From Eledone cirrhosa (taxonomy: Eukaryota), in assembly GCA_964016885.1 (NCBI GenBank), contig OZ024745.1:69502001-69566000 (forward strand): a stretch of DNA of 64,000 nucleotides, given 5' to 3'. Below, piece by piece: positions 38,827 through 55,495 of the stretch (position 1 is the first letter of the stretch; each line of letters begins with the position of its first letter). The notes beneath the pieces are model-generated. The model was not told the DNA's origin. It made no database searches and saw only the letters and a program-made list of their open reading frames with translations. Made by a program: the position numbers and the translations under genes.

Positions 38827-39323
38827 TCATCTATATATTGAAAATACATGTTATCTTTTAAGTTGTGATCATATATTTTATTGTATAAGTGTTCAAATAT
38901 CGTCTGTATATAGCAGAACACTTCAAGCATCATGAACACATATTTTAAAGACAACATCGCGTGTTCTATAGAATATAAAGCTGGTATTTCTAGCACCTCA
39001 CACTACCATATAGTGACCCTCCCCTCGTTGGGTTATGATTGTTACTGCGGGCATTTCTTAAAACCGTGTAGCAGCCAGAACACCGAAAACCCGTTTAAAA
39101 TATTTGAAATATTTAAAGAAATATAAGCCACTCAGAAACACCCACCCACAGATTACATGTGCACTCATCCACATAGAGGGCGCACGCCAACACACACAGG
39201 TGGGCATAATGAGGCACATATACAAACATACTCATCCAGACATTGGGCAATATAAATTTGTAAAATAATCGTATGAGCTCGGAAATATGGCAGGAAAAGT
39301 TACTACGCAGAAAAACACACACA

Positions 39324-39401
<78 letters not shown>

Positions 39402-39443
39402 TTAATATAGATGAGACTCTACAGGACTAGAACTGTTTCATTC

Positions 39444-39671
<228 letters not shown>

Positions 39672-39909
39672 GAGGAATTTAGAAGCAGTTTAGGTATGAT
39701 ACATTTTATTACTAATTATATCTAAATGTTTCTTCTCTCTTCATAATGTATGTTTAACTCTGATACTGGTTCAGTCTAGTTCAATTGGATAGGTCTGTCC
39801 CAGTCATTCATTGAGCAACATCGGTGAAGTTGGCACCCTTAACTCACAGTTGGGTGCGGATGCATTCATGTATATATGTGTGTGTCCGCATGTATCTGTG
39901 TGTTTCTAA

Positions 39910-39999
<90 letters not shown>

Positions 40000-40000
40000 T

Positions 40001-40036
<36 letters not shown>

Positions 40037-40316
40037 TCTTGCGCTATATCCCTTTCTCCCTACAACTCTCTCACTTCAGAAATCTGCTGGAGAGGGATGG
40101 GCTCCGCCAGGCTTAAAATGTACTGGAAACGTCGCATGACAATACGGCGCCCCTACAACTCCCCGAGGAGTTACGGCACTAAACCTTATATATTTATATA
40201 TACACACATATATATATATATAAACACATAGACTCGCACTCACAAATACATATATACATACATACATTAATATATACACACACACGCATCTCTCTCTCTC
40301 ACTCTCTCTCTCTCTC

Positions 40317-40373
<57 letters not shown>

Positions 40374-40534
40374 GAACAAGTATGACCCCGACGGCAGAGT
40401 TCATGCCGTTTCGACGTCTAATTCTGGACTCGCGTCGGGGTCATACTTGTTCATATTACCCACTCAACTACCCTAAGTATAGTGTACTTTGGTGCGTTAT
40501 GGGTCCATCAGGTTCCTTACCACATTTAATTCGT

Positions 40535-40883
<349 letters not shown>

Positions 40884-40884
40884 A

Positions 40885-41135
<251 letters not shown>

Positions 41136-41154
41136 ATATATATATATATATATA

Positions 41155-41262
<108 letters not shown>

Positions 41263-41620
41263 CTTTCACAAACATTTTGAACGTTGATAGGAAATGAGAA
41301 GTTTGAAAGGAAGTAATAGAGGGAAATATACGTGGCATCTAAACATACATCCTTTGATTAATGAAGCAATGTCTCGCTGATGATGCTAATAAGTTACTCA
41401 TTAAACCTACTAGCACTTGCGTATTAAGATAAAAGGTGTTCCTGTTGGAGATAAAGCATCTTGACGAAAATATTAGTACTGAAAAGAAAACTGATTGCCC
41501 TTCATATTGATATAACATTTCATGTGCAAATTCTCTCCTCTATATATCTGAGTCTCCCCCTCCCTCTCTCTCCTCCTCTCTATATATCTCTCTCACTATA
41601 TATACATATTATATATGTCC

Positions 41621-41686
<66 letters not shown>

Positions 41687-42019
41687 CTATCTTTATATAT
41701 ATATATATATATATATCTGTCTAGTTTTATATATATATATATACATATATGTTTACATATATGTGTGTGTGTGTATGTGTGTAATAGGCATAAACCGAAG
41801 TTCCAGCTGACGTGGAATGGTAGTATTAGAGTTGTTTGAGACAACCACAAAGCACTCAATGGAACGAATATTTAATACGTTAGCGTCCAGATTAAACAAC
41901 AGTTAAAAAATGTGACCGAAGGCAGTGGACATACATATACCACAACAGGGTTAGATACAGACAGGTTGCAAACTAATTTGTGTTCTTTACTCTGGACAAT
42001 AATATATATATATATATAT

Positions 42020-45000
42020 AGAGAAAAGATGAATATAAAATGAAAGTGCTTTTTTTATAAGGAATTTATTAGGTATTGACATATGTTTCTGTAACAGACG
42101 GAATACCGATGTATCGCTGCTTGCGTAATCATATAATGTTAGCAAGTATTCGATAGCAAATGTATAATCAGTTGTCACTTCTTCAGAGATTTTGGATAAA
42201 TTGGATAAAATCAGAAAAATTGAAGTATTTATATTAGTAATAGAGGAAGAAGAGAGGGGATAGTATATGACAGATGGTAATTCAATTTAATGCTAAACAA
42301 GTATATAAAGGGTTTCTAATGAGAATACCATGAGTAAATGGTTCATTTTATCTAAATAAGAATTTTTGGGAGTGCCAATTTTAATCTCTACTTGACCAAT
42401 TGGACAGTGGACAGGGCTGGTCATTTGGTGTAGTAGTATTAATTATAAAGTGTCAATTGGGGAAGGGGGAGATTTCGATTGCTACTGAATAACATCAATG
42501 CTAGTAGCCAGCTGGTATGTGCATTAGGGAATTGAATTAAGAAATCAGAAATCTCATTTTATCTATAGCAGTTTATATTAAATGGTAAATAATAGAAGAG
42601 TTGATAGAATTAAGACTAATAGAGAATGTTAATATCTATTTTGACAACCAAACGGAGATAGAGGCGGGCGTTCAATCCTGGTGGTATTTATAATATGAAG
42701 ATGTAGATTTTAAGCGATGGTTACAGTATAACGATGGCTCTATTCTGTTATTTAATAAAATGTTTTTGGATTTCATAATACAAACTAATTCTACATTACA
42801 TAATTTACAAAATTCCTGTCCGTTTGGATATGGGGGGGCGCTCGCTATTATATCCCATTTAAGGTGAAATTGTTGGTTATTTTCACGCAGCTGCCAAGCC
42901 TTGTCTGCCAGTGTTGTTACATAACGCTGGTTTTCATGTTTTATCGAGTAACGATGTCTATAAAGGCGTGATTTGAAGGAGGTGGCTGTAGATCCCACAT
43001 AGTACCACTTCTGTCTCTCCGATTCGATAGTACATTTGTATACGATGTTGCGTTCAAGACACTGATTGTTCAACGGACACATTCCTGGTTGGACACAGTT
43101 GCAATTATAATTTTGCGTTGTTGTATTGTCATGGATGGGTTGATGAGGTTGCTTAGGTAGGACAGGATGTTGTTTGTTGTTTTGTGATGTTATAGCTAAT
43201 GTTTTACGTGTATTGTTATGTGTTGGAAGGCGTTTATACAACCGTTTTGCGTTAAGCTTTTTTATATGTTGTTCAATATTAGGGGCGGTTGAATATGAAA
43301 GTCGAATAGTGTTAGGGTTTAAGATTTTATTATATTTATGTGATGTTGGAAAGTGTTTTTAAACTAATCGAAAGAATTGCGAGGGTAGATTGGTTTTAAT
43401 AGAGTTGTTATAGACCGGGTTGTACCAAATATACTCTTTACATCGCCTTCTGTTTGGTGGTGTGCGACTATTATTGTGTCTATTGCGGTAGTGTATGTAT
43501 GGTGGTGATTCTGTGCTATTTCTACTCCTATGGGATTTATATTGGGTGTTTTGGTGATCTTCGACTATATACTCTATATTATCTAGGTGACCGGCTTTTC
43601 TAAGTGCATCATCATAATACTCGCATGTTCTTTGAAGGTTTGTTGGTTGGACGACAGGCGGGAGATTCTAAGAGAAACATTTCTAGGGTTGGATTTAATT
43701 ATAGAGAGTGGATGGTTAGAACTCGTATTTACATATTTAAGGTTCTCATTTAGTTTATGGAACGGTTTAATCGTATCTGTATTGAGATTCAAAGTAACAT
43801 CAAGGAAATTGACCTCTTTGAGGTTATATTCAAATGTAATATTTAATCCTAGTTCCTTAAAAAGCTTTCTGATACTTTTACGCATCCTTTCTAAATTCTG
43901 GTTATTCATATGCTTAACTAATAGGAGCGCATCATCGCGGTAGATTCCACCGTGGAGATCCTTGAATTTTCCTTGTAGTCTGTGGGTGATATAAATTCCC
44001 ACAAGATCTGTTAATTCCGCCGAATCATTAGAACCCATAGTAATATCAAAATTAGAAGGTCTATCTTGCGAACCCAGTAGCTATCATCGAATTTAACTAT
44101 AGTTTTCCTCGCTTCCATAATAATTTTAATTTCAGCATCCGTAAGGTCGGAATTAGCCTTAGCGAACGAAAGAGCTTCATGTAGAGTATCAGGTGAAATT
44201 GAGGAATAATATTCATCAATATCAAACTGAATAAATTTTGAATTTTTCTTATCAGTAATGTTATTAAACCATCTTATTGCTTCATGAGTGTTACCCCATA
44301 GTTTAATTTCTACTTTAACCTTAACTTGGGGGATAATTCTGTCTATTATATATTTGCTAATTTTGCCTATATCAGATTTAGAGGGGCATATAAGTCTAAT
44401 CTTAGGGTTAGTATCGAAGTTTACCTTGTGGTGCTTCAGGTTGAAGGATGGTATAGCTGGTTTTAAGGGTTGCGTTCTATCGTCAATACAAAGTTTTTTT
44501 AACAATTTCACATGCCGAGTTGTTGATGTTTTTAAGTGTAGCTTCATTAGTTTTCTTGTATTTTTTATGCAGTTCCTTACGGATGAAGTTATTGTAAGTG
44601 TCCACATCCATGGTATATACGTTTGATGTTTTGTCTGCTCTAACAATAATTCAATTGGCGTTTTTTAGATTATTGAGCAGTGCCGTGATGTCATTCTGTG
44701 GTTTATTATTCTTCCGTTTTGTAAATTTGATCTCCATGATAATATCCATTAGGTCTTGTTCAAATGCATCCAAAAGTGGGTTTGAGGGTGGGTTCTTGTA
44801 AGATTTAAATCCAAATTTATCCTTGTTAAGATCCGATGTTTGGTTTATACGGCTTTTGTCAAAATGGAATGTTTTCCATCTGATTCGTCGAATAACATCA
44901 TTGGTCCTTCGTATCATACCTAGAATATATTCCCTTTTTGCCTGAATAATTATGTTTTTTAACGACATATCCAATTGGTGCCTTTCCATTTTAGAGGCGT

Positions 45001-45402
45001 ATGCTGAATTAGTTGCTCAACTGTATAGGAGATTAATAAAATTTCAGGTTATTAATAATGTAGTGATAATATATCGTTACGTTAGAGATGAACAGCGTAC
45101 GTGTAGGTTTGCTCAACGAGTATAAATTATATTCCGGAAAAAATGTAGAAAAGACGAATATAAAATGAAAGTGCTTTTTTTTAAAAAGGAATTTATTAGG
45201 TATTGACATATGTTTCTGTAACAGACGGAATACCTATGTATCGCTGCTTGCGTAATCATATAATGCACTTTCATTTTATATTCATCTTTTCTACATTTTC
45301 TCCGGAATATAATTTATACTCGTTGAGCAAACCTACACGTACGCTGTTCATCTCTAACGTAACGATATATTATCACTACATTATTGATAACCTGAAATTT
45401 TA
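42020..45402 (-). mobile_element. Decayed near-full-length Penelope-like element with direct and inverted pLTR repeats
   Basis: Frameshifted ORF pieces: RRIRWK, FDIDEYYSSI, MGS..AEL.DLVG, YRDD, NFLDV, SNHP, CNC..CPL..CL..IVYKC..YVGST..FK.R..H. Direct repeat 42020-42137 and 45148-45266; inverted arms 45037-45175 and 45266-45402. Confidence 0.88.
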
Positions 45403-45460
45403 TATATATATAAAATGAATACTAACAGGTAGAGATCATAAAAAGGTAATTTATTCCGTG

Positions 45461-45571
45461 TGCTTACAAATGTTTCCATGTGGTACTACAGCCTAGTTAT
45501 GGTATCTGCAAATTTACAACTATTTGCAGAACTCAAATATCAAATGCTGTGACCACTGTATCCTCAGAGCA
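45461..45571 (-). ncRNA. Hammerhead ribozyme with long stem II
   Basis: Minus strand TGCT CTGAGGA TACAGTGGTCACAGC..GCTGTAGTACCACATG GAAA CATTTG TA AGCA, then AATAAA. Confidence 0.65.
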
Positions 45572-46262
45572 GAATGGTTAAAATGTACTATGTAAATACC
45601 CTTAAGTGAGGTTATTAGAGAAGATAGAGTAGAAAAGGTAGAAAGAAAAGTAGGGGAGAGGGAGTAGAGAGTAAGATATGCAGGGGTTGGAGAAATAGGA
45701 GAGAGTGGTTTGTAGATATCTTAATCAAAATGTTATGGTAGGGGTTTTATTATCTGGTTACTTTTAGAGAGATGCGTTGATAGTCAAGGTTGGAATTATT
45801 TATTGCGCCAGAGGGCAGGTTCATAAATGTGGTAAGGGAGGGAGGTAGGCCAAAGGCGAGAGAGAGAGAGAGAGGGGGGAATGGATATAGAGGGAGAGAT
45901 AGAGAGGGACAGACGAAGTCTATGGGGTGGGTGAACTTTGGGTTCGTAGTAGTAATCTGCGAATTACACTGAGTTACCATTTATAGTGATAAGCAGGGTA
46001 TTGTCTTGTAGTGTGGGGGAAGAGAAGGTGGTTAGCTAGAAAGTGATGTTATAGTTACGGGTCCGAATGTTAAGTTATTTTATAGTGAGAGAATTTAGCT
46101 TTTAGTTTGTATATATATATTTATATATATATATTTATATATATACTTTTCTATATATACTTTTTATTTTTCATTGTGCTCTTCTTATACGTCTAATTGG
46201 ATAATATCTAATATTACATTATATATATATATATATATATATATATAATGTATATATTTATA

Positions 46263-46307
<45 letters not shown>

Positions 46308-46412
46308 ATATATATATAATGTATATATGTATATATATAATGTATATATATATAATGTATATATATAATGTATATATATAATGTATATATATATATATAA
46401 TGTATATATATA

Positions 46413-46471
<59 letters not shown>

Positions 46472-46597
46472 GTATGTGTATATATATATATACATTATAT
46501 ATATATATATATATTATTATACATATATATTATATATTATTATACATTATATATATATATATTATTATACATTATATATATATATACATATATATAC

Positions 46598-46644
<47 letters not shown>

Positions 46645-46663
46645 TACATTATATATATATATA

Positions 46664-46855
46664 TTGGTAAAAGGAAAAGAAAATGCTGAAAAATTATTCG
46701 CAGTGAAAAATAGTTTAATTAGGAATAGGTAAAAATGAGTAATAGTATTGGTTAGTATTCAGTTTTGGTTTTAAGTTTTTACCGGTTGCGTATTTCTAAT
46801 GCTTTTCAAAAATAATTTTGAGATAGAGCGCCCGTGATGTTTGCTCTAATCTGAT
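46664..46855. repeat. Dispersed pLTR-like family G (also 58328-58575 as a fold-back and 63354-63586 inverted)
   Basis: Shared TTGGTAAA..GAAAATGCTGA..TTTAATTAGGAATA..GGTTAGTATT; all copies TA-flanked. Confidence 0.78.
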
Positions 46856-46900
46856 ATATATATATATACATTATATATATATACATTATATATATATATA

Positions 46901-47678
46901 TCTATATATATAAAACAGTGGATGTCTGTGTGTCTGTTTCCCTAAAACTCGAGAAGTACCCAACTGGTTTTTTTCAAACTTTATACATGTAACTCCTATG
47001 TCCCCGGAAGTGTTTTGAGCAAAAGAAATTTCAAATGTTTAATGCCCTAGAGACCGCACTAGGCGATTTAGCCATCTCTTTCTCTTTCTCTTAGTCTTTC
47101 TCTTTTTAGATAGATACATAGATATGACGTCGCGCCTTCATAATATCTGTCTGTATGCCTGACTGTCTGCAAACGTCATTATAACGCGATCAGTGTGTGT
47201 GTGTATATATATTCTTCACGAACCAAAGTATCGTCTTCCTGTTTTCCAGATTGATTTTTTTAGTTTAAGAAGATCCCGTTAAGGTTGAAAGCAGCGATTC
47301 TTTGCTTAAACATTAATAAGTTATTTTAATATAGATATTCGTGTACAGATATTTATGCATGCACAAAAACAAAATATAAACAAACAAGGCCAAAGATTAC
47401 ATCAATTAGTCTTAGTGTATGTACTGCATACTGCTTTTAGGTAGAATATCCAGTTAAGGGTGGAAGCAGTGATTCTTTGCTTAAACTTTAGTCTGTTATT
47501 TTAATATATATATATATATATATATATAATTATATATTTATGGACAGATATTTTTGCATACACAATAACAAAATATAAACAAACGTATTTATTTCACGAG
47601 GTTCAATAAGGATAAATATATATCAAATATATAAGAACCCTATAGCAAATCCCGAGCAACGCCGGGCCATTCTGCTAG
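46901..47678 (+). mobile_element. Non-autonomous Helitron
   Basis: 5' TCTATATATATAAAA; 3' hairpin CCCGAGCAACGCCGGG followed by CTAG; inserted between A and T. An internal fragment recurs inverted at 50880-51036. Confidence 0.8.
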
Positions 47679-47689
47679 TACATTATATA

Positions 47690-48670
<981 letters not shown>

Positions 48671-48984
48671 TAGATACGTTATTCCGGGTTGAATCGGAGG
48701 TAACCACAGTAAGTAAGGTACTCAATACATTGCAGAGTATAAACGTTTTAATATAGATGAGATTCTACAGGACTAGAACTGTTTCATTCTTAAGAAATAA
48801 TCAGGAATCTGGGTATCAAAAAATCAATATGGTCTGTATAGGTCTCTTCAGGTGGTAGGAAAGGGTAGGGAGTGGGATGGGTGTAGGTCATTGGTTGATA
48901 GAAAAGGGAATTCATTAAAAGCTAATTCTTCAAAGCTATAATTTATATTTAGAGTAACAAAGGCAAAAAGAATTCTATCAACAA

Positions 48985-49208
48985 GTTTCACGTAAAGGCG
49001 CGTGGCTGAGTGGTTAGAGAATTGGATTCACAATCTTGAGGTTGTCAGTTCTATTCCTGGACCGGGCGATGCGTTATGTCCTTGAGCAAGACACTTTATT
49101 TCACGTTGCTCCTTCTACCTGGAGTTGCGACCGATAGATAGTTTTAGCAATTGGAAAGACCAACGGAAACATTGTTTCCTCGGTCTGATTTGAGGTAAGT
49201 CGATCGAT
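48985..49208 (+). mobile_element. tRNA-derived SINE (family 2, CORE-like body)
   Basis: A box GTGGCTGAGTGG, degenerate B box, GTCCTTGAGCAAGACACTT. Copies at 59610-60030. Confidence 0.8.
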
Positions 49209-49364
49209 ATATATAATGTGTATATATATATATATATATATAATGTATATATATATAATGTATATATACATATATATAATTTATATATATATAATGTATA
49301 TATATATATATAATGTATATATATATATATATAATGTATATATATACATAATGTATATATATAT

Positions 49365-49404
<40 letters not shown>

Positions 49405-49449
49405 GTATATATATATATATATATAATGTATATATAAATATATATATAT

Positions 49450-50755
49450 ATTTCGTTTCTGAATTTGTTTAGCAAGATTCTTTATCTGAAAACGTGTGTT
49501 GAAACCGATATTGTTATGCTTTGGTAGGGTCATGTTGCCAATTAGAAAAACACGCCCCAGCTGCTTTCACTTAAATTTATTATAAATTAGTAATATATAA
49601 ATTTAAGAATTTATAAATTTCCAGTTGGTTGGTTTGTTCCACAACCAGACGATTGTTCATATATTGTCAAAATTCTTTCGTCACACATACTGTGACCTCT
49701 TCAGTGACTGGGATTCTTTTCTTTGTTTTTGTGCCTCTCCTTTGTTTAGTGCTACGTCATCTTGTTTTTGTGTTTTTGTATGCTTGGTTTGCGCTTGTGT
49801 TACATCCGGGTGTCTGTGTGTGTTTATATTTGTTAATTTATTTGTTTATTTACATGTTACTGGTTGGTTGTTTGTTCTATGTGTGTATGTGTTTTAATTT
49901 TGTCCTTAATTGTAAGTTGTGATGTTGCTATTACATTCATTTTTTCTATTTAATTTTGGTTGGAGTTCATTTATGTTTCTGGCCTCTGTGATTTGTCTAA
50001 ACATTGCGTCTTTTCTGTGTGTAGATTCTATTTTTATTTCTATGTTCTCTAATTTAACCTTATGTTCTATTTTAGAATGTTGGTGGTGTACAGATGATTC
50101 TTTGCTATCTTGAAGCTCTCGCCAGTGTTCATTTATCCGTTCTCCTATAATACGAGCTGTCTCACCTATGTACACTATATTTTTATCTCTACATTGTCCT
50201 TCAGTACATCTTATGGTATATACTACATTTCGAGTTTTACAGTTAATATGGGGCTTAGTTTACAGATTATACATTTCCTAGCTATACAGGGAGGTCTTTG
50301 AAAAGAGTATGTTTTGCTAATACGTGTTTTTATGGAGGTACCTGGTCTTTCTACTATCTTAATATTGTGTTTATGTTTATCTTGGGCCCTTCTAAATTGT
50401 TAAGCAATTTCACCTCTAGGGGTTGTATTGATGAACATTACACTCTGGTATTTATGGCTATCATACCATGAGTTTATTCTATTAACCTTATTCCTAATTC
50501 TTTCTATTATATTCCAAAAGTTGCACCTATACAAGGGGCAGGTCCCATTTGTATCATTATTTACCATTTTTTCCCATTTGATTCTGGCTCCTCTATATAC
50601 TCCGATTTTATCTCTCTGATTGTAACTAGACAACTGCATACGGTAGATGAAGTGTTGTATGTGTCTCTCTAGATCTTTGGGGTTGCACATGCGGGACACA
50701 GAGCTCTGTGTCTAGTACAGGTAATCGATGTTTGGGGTGTTTGCTTGGGTAGTCT
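49450..50755 (-). mobile_element. PLE 3' fragment (possibly Naiad-like) with family C pLTR and hammerhead at 49666-49708
   Basis: PLYR, FINTTPRG, YIGETARIIGERINEH, RQITEA..I. Minus strand GTCA CTGAAGA GGTCACA-GTATG-TGTGAC GAAA GAAT TT TGAC. Confidence 0.8.
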
Positions 50756-50833
50756 ATAGTAACTCTAATACTCTGGTATACATTATATATATATACATTA
50801 TATATATGTATATATATATAATATATATATATA

Positions 50834-50886
<53 letters not shown>

Positions 50887-51099
50887 TAACAGATTAAAGT
50901 TTAAGCAAAGAATCGCTGCTTTCACCCTTGACGGGATCTTCTGAAACTAACAAAGTCAATCTGTAAACGCAGAAGTGGATATTTCAAAAAATGTTGCAAG
51001 CGGAGGAAGACAGGAAGACGATACTTTGGTTCGTGGAAACGTTCCCTAGCAAAGAACGGGAAAAAACGAATATAATACGTCATTATTTGGAGCGGTGAA

Positions 51100-51335
51100 A
51101 AAGAATTACACGCAAAGACAGAACCACGTTTTTGGTATAAAAGAAGTCGTAGACTAATGTTCTCTTAGGTTTTGTATAAAAGAAGTCGTAGACTAATGTT
51201 CTCTTAGAGACATTCTCTGACAATGAACGGAAAAAACCAAGATAATACGTCATATGTGGACCGTGGAGAACAATTGCACGCAAAGACAAAACCACGTAAA
51301 TGGTATAGCTGAAGTCGTAGACTAAAATTCTAACT
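51100..51335. repeat. Short imperfect tandem repeats (GTATAAAAGAAGTCGTAGACTAATGTTCTCTTAG and ACGCAAAGACA.AACCACGT units)
   Basis: The first unit appears three times and the second twice. Confidence 0.75.
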
Positions 51336-51875
51336 AGGAAATCGAATGATTCTCCGCTTCAGAGTAAAGAATAAAGTAAATAAAATAAAATACAGAGGTA
51401 ATTGAAATTAAATAAATACATACACGAATCCAAATACATACATACACAAGCATACGCGAAAACACTCGCCATAGGTATACAAAACCACGCACATATAAAT
51501 ATATGTGTGTGTGTGCATGTATACAAATAAATAAGTAATTAAATAAACGTATATAAATAAATAAATACGTATATAACAAGCGCACGCACATACCTACATG
51601 TAAATACACAAATGTTCGGAGATGAACGTCAACCAAAACATGAAGTACAAATATACACGCACCCAACATACGTACGAACCCGCTTACTCACACAGACGCA
51701 AAACTCCCGTGAACGCATAACCAAAAGCATATGTACCAGAATATATAAATATATACGCCCTAACATATACAATCAAATATACGTACGAGAAAGTATACGT
51801 ACCTTCACAAAACATACAGGTAATATATACTTACATATGCAAATAAGTAATGGTATAAACATAACATATACTTAG

Positions 51876-52472
51876 CTACCACATCAAGACGTAAAATATC
51901 CACGTATAGATCGTACTATGCAAATTTATGTTTACAAGCCGAAATGCCTCAGATTTGTTGTTTAAGATGTGGTCTGTGGCGTAGAGTATTTCCAGGGCCT
52001 CAGCGGCGCAGAGGTCACATGGTATTTTATTTCCGTTATACGATCTAGCCCTAGCTAGGATTTCCCAGTGTAACTTATATTGGGTGTGGTTGTCTTTGAG
52101 ACTCCAGATATAAGCTGAAAGTGATGTCATAATCCTTCTTAGAGGGTAACCAAAAAAATGGGTATGCATGTAAAGACGCTGCTTGAATCTATTGGCGGTT
52201 AACCCTCTGTAGGCACTACGGGACGTGGGTGTTTCAATCTTACATTTGTAGACAATGCTGCTAGAGAGGCATTTCCCGGATAGGGGGCAATCAACCCGAT
52301 TCCTACAATTACAGTTAGTACTAACTACAGGGTTGCACGTGTTCCTACGGCTAGGTAGTTCAGCATTTGAAGCTGTGATGTTATGTGCAAGGTTAGGAGT
52401 CGTAGAGTAAGACATTTTAATAGTATTTCTATTAAAAAATTTACTATATTTATGTGTAGGGGAAAATGCTTC
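51876..52472 (-). pseudogene. PLE GIY-YIG 3' fragment
   Basis: FNRNTIKMSYS, CNCRNRVDCPLSGKCL..IVYKC, FKQR..H, CDLC..E, LNNKSE. Confidence 0.85.
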
Positions 52473-52525
52473 GTATATATATATAATGTATATATATATA
52501 ATGTATATATATATATATATATATA

Positions 52526-52572
<47 letters not shown>

Positions 52573-52646
52573 GTATATATATATAATATATATATATAAT
52601 GTATATATAAATATATATATATATGTATATACATAATATATATATA

Positions 52647-52747
<101 letters not shown>

Positions 52748-53139
52748 GTATATATATATATAATGTATATATATATATGTGTGTATTTATATATATATAA
52801 TCTATATATATATATATATATAATGTATATATATATATATATATAATGTATATATATATATAATGTATACATATATATATAATGTATATATATATATATA
52901 TATAATGTATATATATATATATATTATGTATATATATAAATATATATATATATAATGTATATATATAATATATATATATGTAATATATATATATATATAC
53001 ATTATATATATATATACATATATATACATTATATATATATGTAATATATATATATATATAATGTATATATATGTATATATATATAATGTATATATATATA
53101 TAATGTATATATATATATATAATGTATATATATATAATG

Positions 53140-53181
<42 letters not shown>

Positions 53182-53262
53182 ATGTATATATGTATATATA
53201 TATATAATGTATATATATATAATGTATATATATATATATATATGATGTATATATATATAATG

Positions 53263-53294
<32 letters not shown>

Positions 53295-53367
53295 ATGTAT
53301 ATATATATATATAATCTATATATATATATTATACATATATATATATAATGTATATATATATATAATC

Positions 53368-53398
<31 letters not shown>

Positions 53399-53610
53399 TA
53401 TATATATATATATAATGTATATATAATGTATATATATATATATATGTAGATATATACAATGTACATATATATAACGTATATATATATAATGTATATATAT
53501 ATAATGTATATATATATAATGTATATATATAATGTATATTTATATATATATTTATATATATATATATATAATATATATATATATATATAATGTATATATA
53601 TATATATATA

Positions 53611-53689
<79 letters not shown>

Positions 53690-53694
<5 letters not shown>

Positions 53695-55495
53695 CTTTTT
53701 TTGTTTCTCTCTCTCTTTCTTTTTTCTGGGTTAGAAAATGATTAAAACGAAATCTTTTACTTTGTGTGAAGTGTTATGGTAGTAGTTGATTTATTTATTA
53801 TTTAACAATGGCATTTATTTATCTATTTATATATTTAATAGTTGTCTATTACCGGTTTCAGCATTTTTATGCATCATCAAATGATAGTGAAATGTATTTT
53901 TTATGCATTATCAAATTTGTTATGCCTTATCAAATGATAGTGAAATGTATTTCCTATGCATCCTCATCAAGAAAACAAGCAACAAAATAGAAACAGACAT
54001 ATACTACAAACCCACACACTCCAAACAATGCCTTCCATTCAACTCGAGCCACCCTAGACACACCAAAATGGCAATTACTTATAACCTAGCCAGAAGGATC
54101 TGCACAATAGTTTCAGATAAATACACATGCTACACACGACTAGAAGAATTTAAAAACACATTTATCTGCAGAAACTAACCACCATCCTTAATCAGCAATG
54201 GATTCCAACGTGCCCTAAAACTAGACATCCAGGAACTCAGACACTCCAAACCCAGGAATGAATCGCAACAAAAAACTCTACCATACATCTCCACACACAA
54301 CCCCCTCAACAATGAGGCATTCGACACCATCCTCCAGAACATTCCTTTACTAAAAAGAGACGCAAGAATGAATAAAATCCTCCAAACACACAACATCATA
54401 AAGAGCAAAAGACAACCTAAATCCATATAAAACATCTCCACACAAGCCAAAATCCAACAAACCCTCACAATGAACCCTTCAGTAACAAAATGCGGAAGGC
54501 CCAACTGTGGCATATGCATAAATCCAATCGAAGGTTCAACATTCCATTTTAAAGAAGGACAGCGTTTCACAGTTAAACACAACTTTACATGTGCATCTGA
54601 AAACTAAATCTATGTTTTGACCTGCTCAGGTTGTCAAGAGCACTACATAGGACAGACAAAAACAGCCTCCGTCAACGTATGACCGTCCATAAATCACAAA
54701 TTAAAATACAGGAATACAGAAAAATACAGTAATACAGAAAATTAACATATCGCCAATTGTTCTCACAACCAACATCCAAACTTTAAAATTTTCCCCATTT
54801 ACAAATTCATAGACAACGCTACTTTCATCCAACGTACCAATAAGGAAACAAATTCCATCCTCTACTTAATGGTCTAAAAATCGGACCAATCTAAAACTGC
54901 AACAAACAATCAAACATTTACAAGAGTTACCCTCCTCACACCCTACCTAATCCTTTTTCTTAAATAAATTAAATATCATTCAGCAAGAATTGCTTCCCCC
55001 TGCATATTAACTCTCTAAAAAGGTAAATCATATCAAACCTCAGTCCACCATTTGCCTCCATCATGGAATCATGGATAAACTAAGCACTCTTGCTATATTA
55101 ACACATTTTGATCTGCTTTACTTCAATAACTATGCCTGTAAATAACATTATTTTTTCTTCCACATTGACTATTTATGCTCTACATGATCCACGTTTTTTT
55201 CCTTTTTCTTTTTTCTTTTCACTTCATAAACCTTGTTTGTAAATAACATTATTCTTTCTGCACCTTCTGTTTAACATGTGCGACACCGCACTAATACATT
55301 TCATTATCATTTGATAATGCATAAAAATGCTGAAACCGGAAATAGACAATTATTAAATATATAAATAGATAAATAAATGCCATTGTTAAATAATAAATAA
55401 ATCAACTAATACCTTAACACTTGACACAAAGTAAAACATTTCGTTTTAATCATTTTCTAACCCAGAAAAAAGAGAGAGAGAAACAAAAAAGGAAA
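53690..55495 (+). mobile_element. 5'-truncated decayed PLE with inverted pLTR at the 5' end
   Basis: 53950-54870 resembles the C-terminal half of the 19413 ORF (TDIYYKPT, SHPRH, ARRICTIV, CGRPNCGIC, YIGQT). 53690-53890 is the inverted copy of 55300-55495; both carry TTGATGA/TTGATAA..GAAACCGG hammerhead-like motifs. Confidence 0.85.

Noticed and set aside
38703-38996. Poly-His or poly-Asp ORFs
   Set aside because: Caused by the (CAT)n repeat.
41370-41420. CTGATGA followed by a hairpin
   Set aside because: No correctly placed GAAA or cleavage triplet. The same applies to the truncated motif at 57160 and the degenerate ones near 45200 and 61230.
51100-51335. CRISPR-like repeat-spacer array
   Set aside because: Eukaryotic context, irregular spacing, only 2-3 units and no cas genes.
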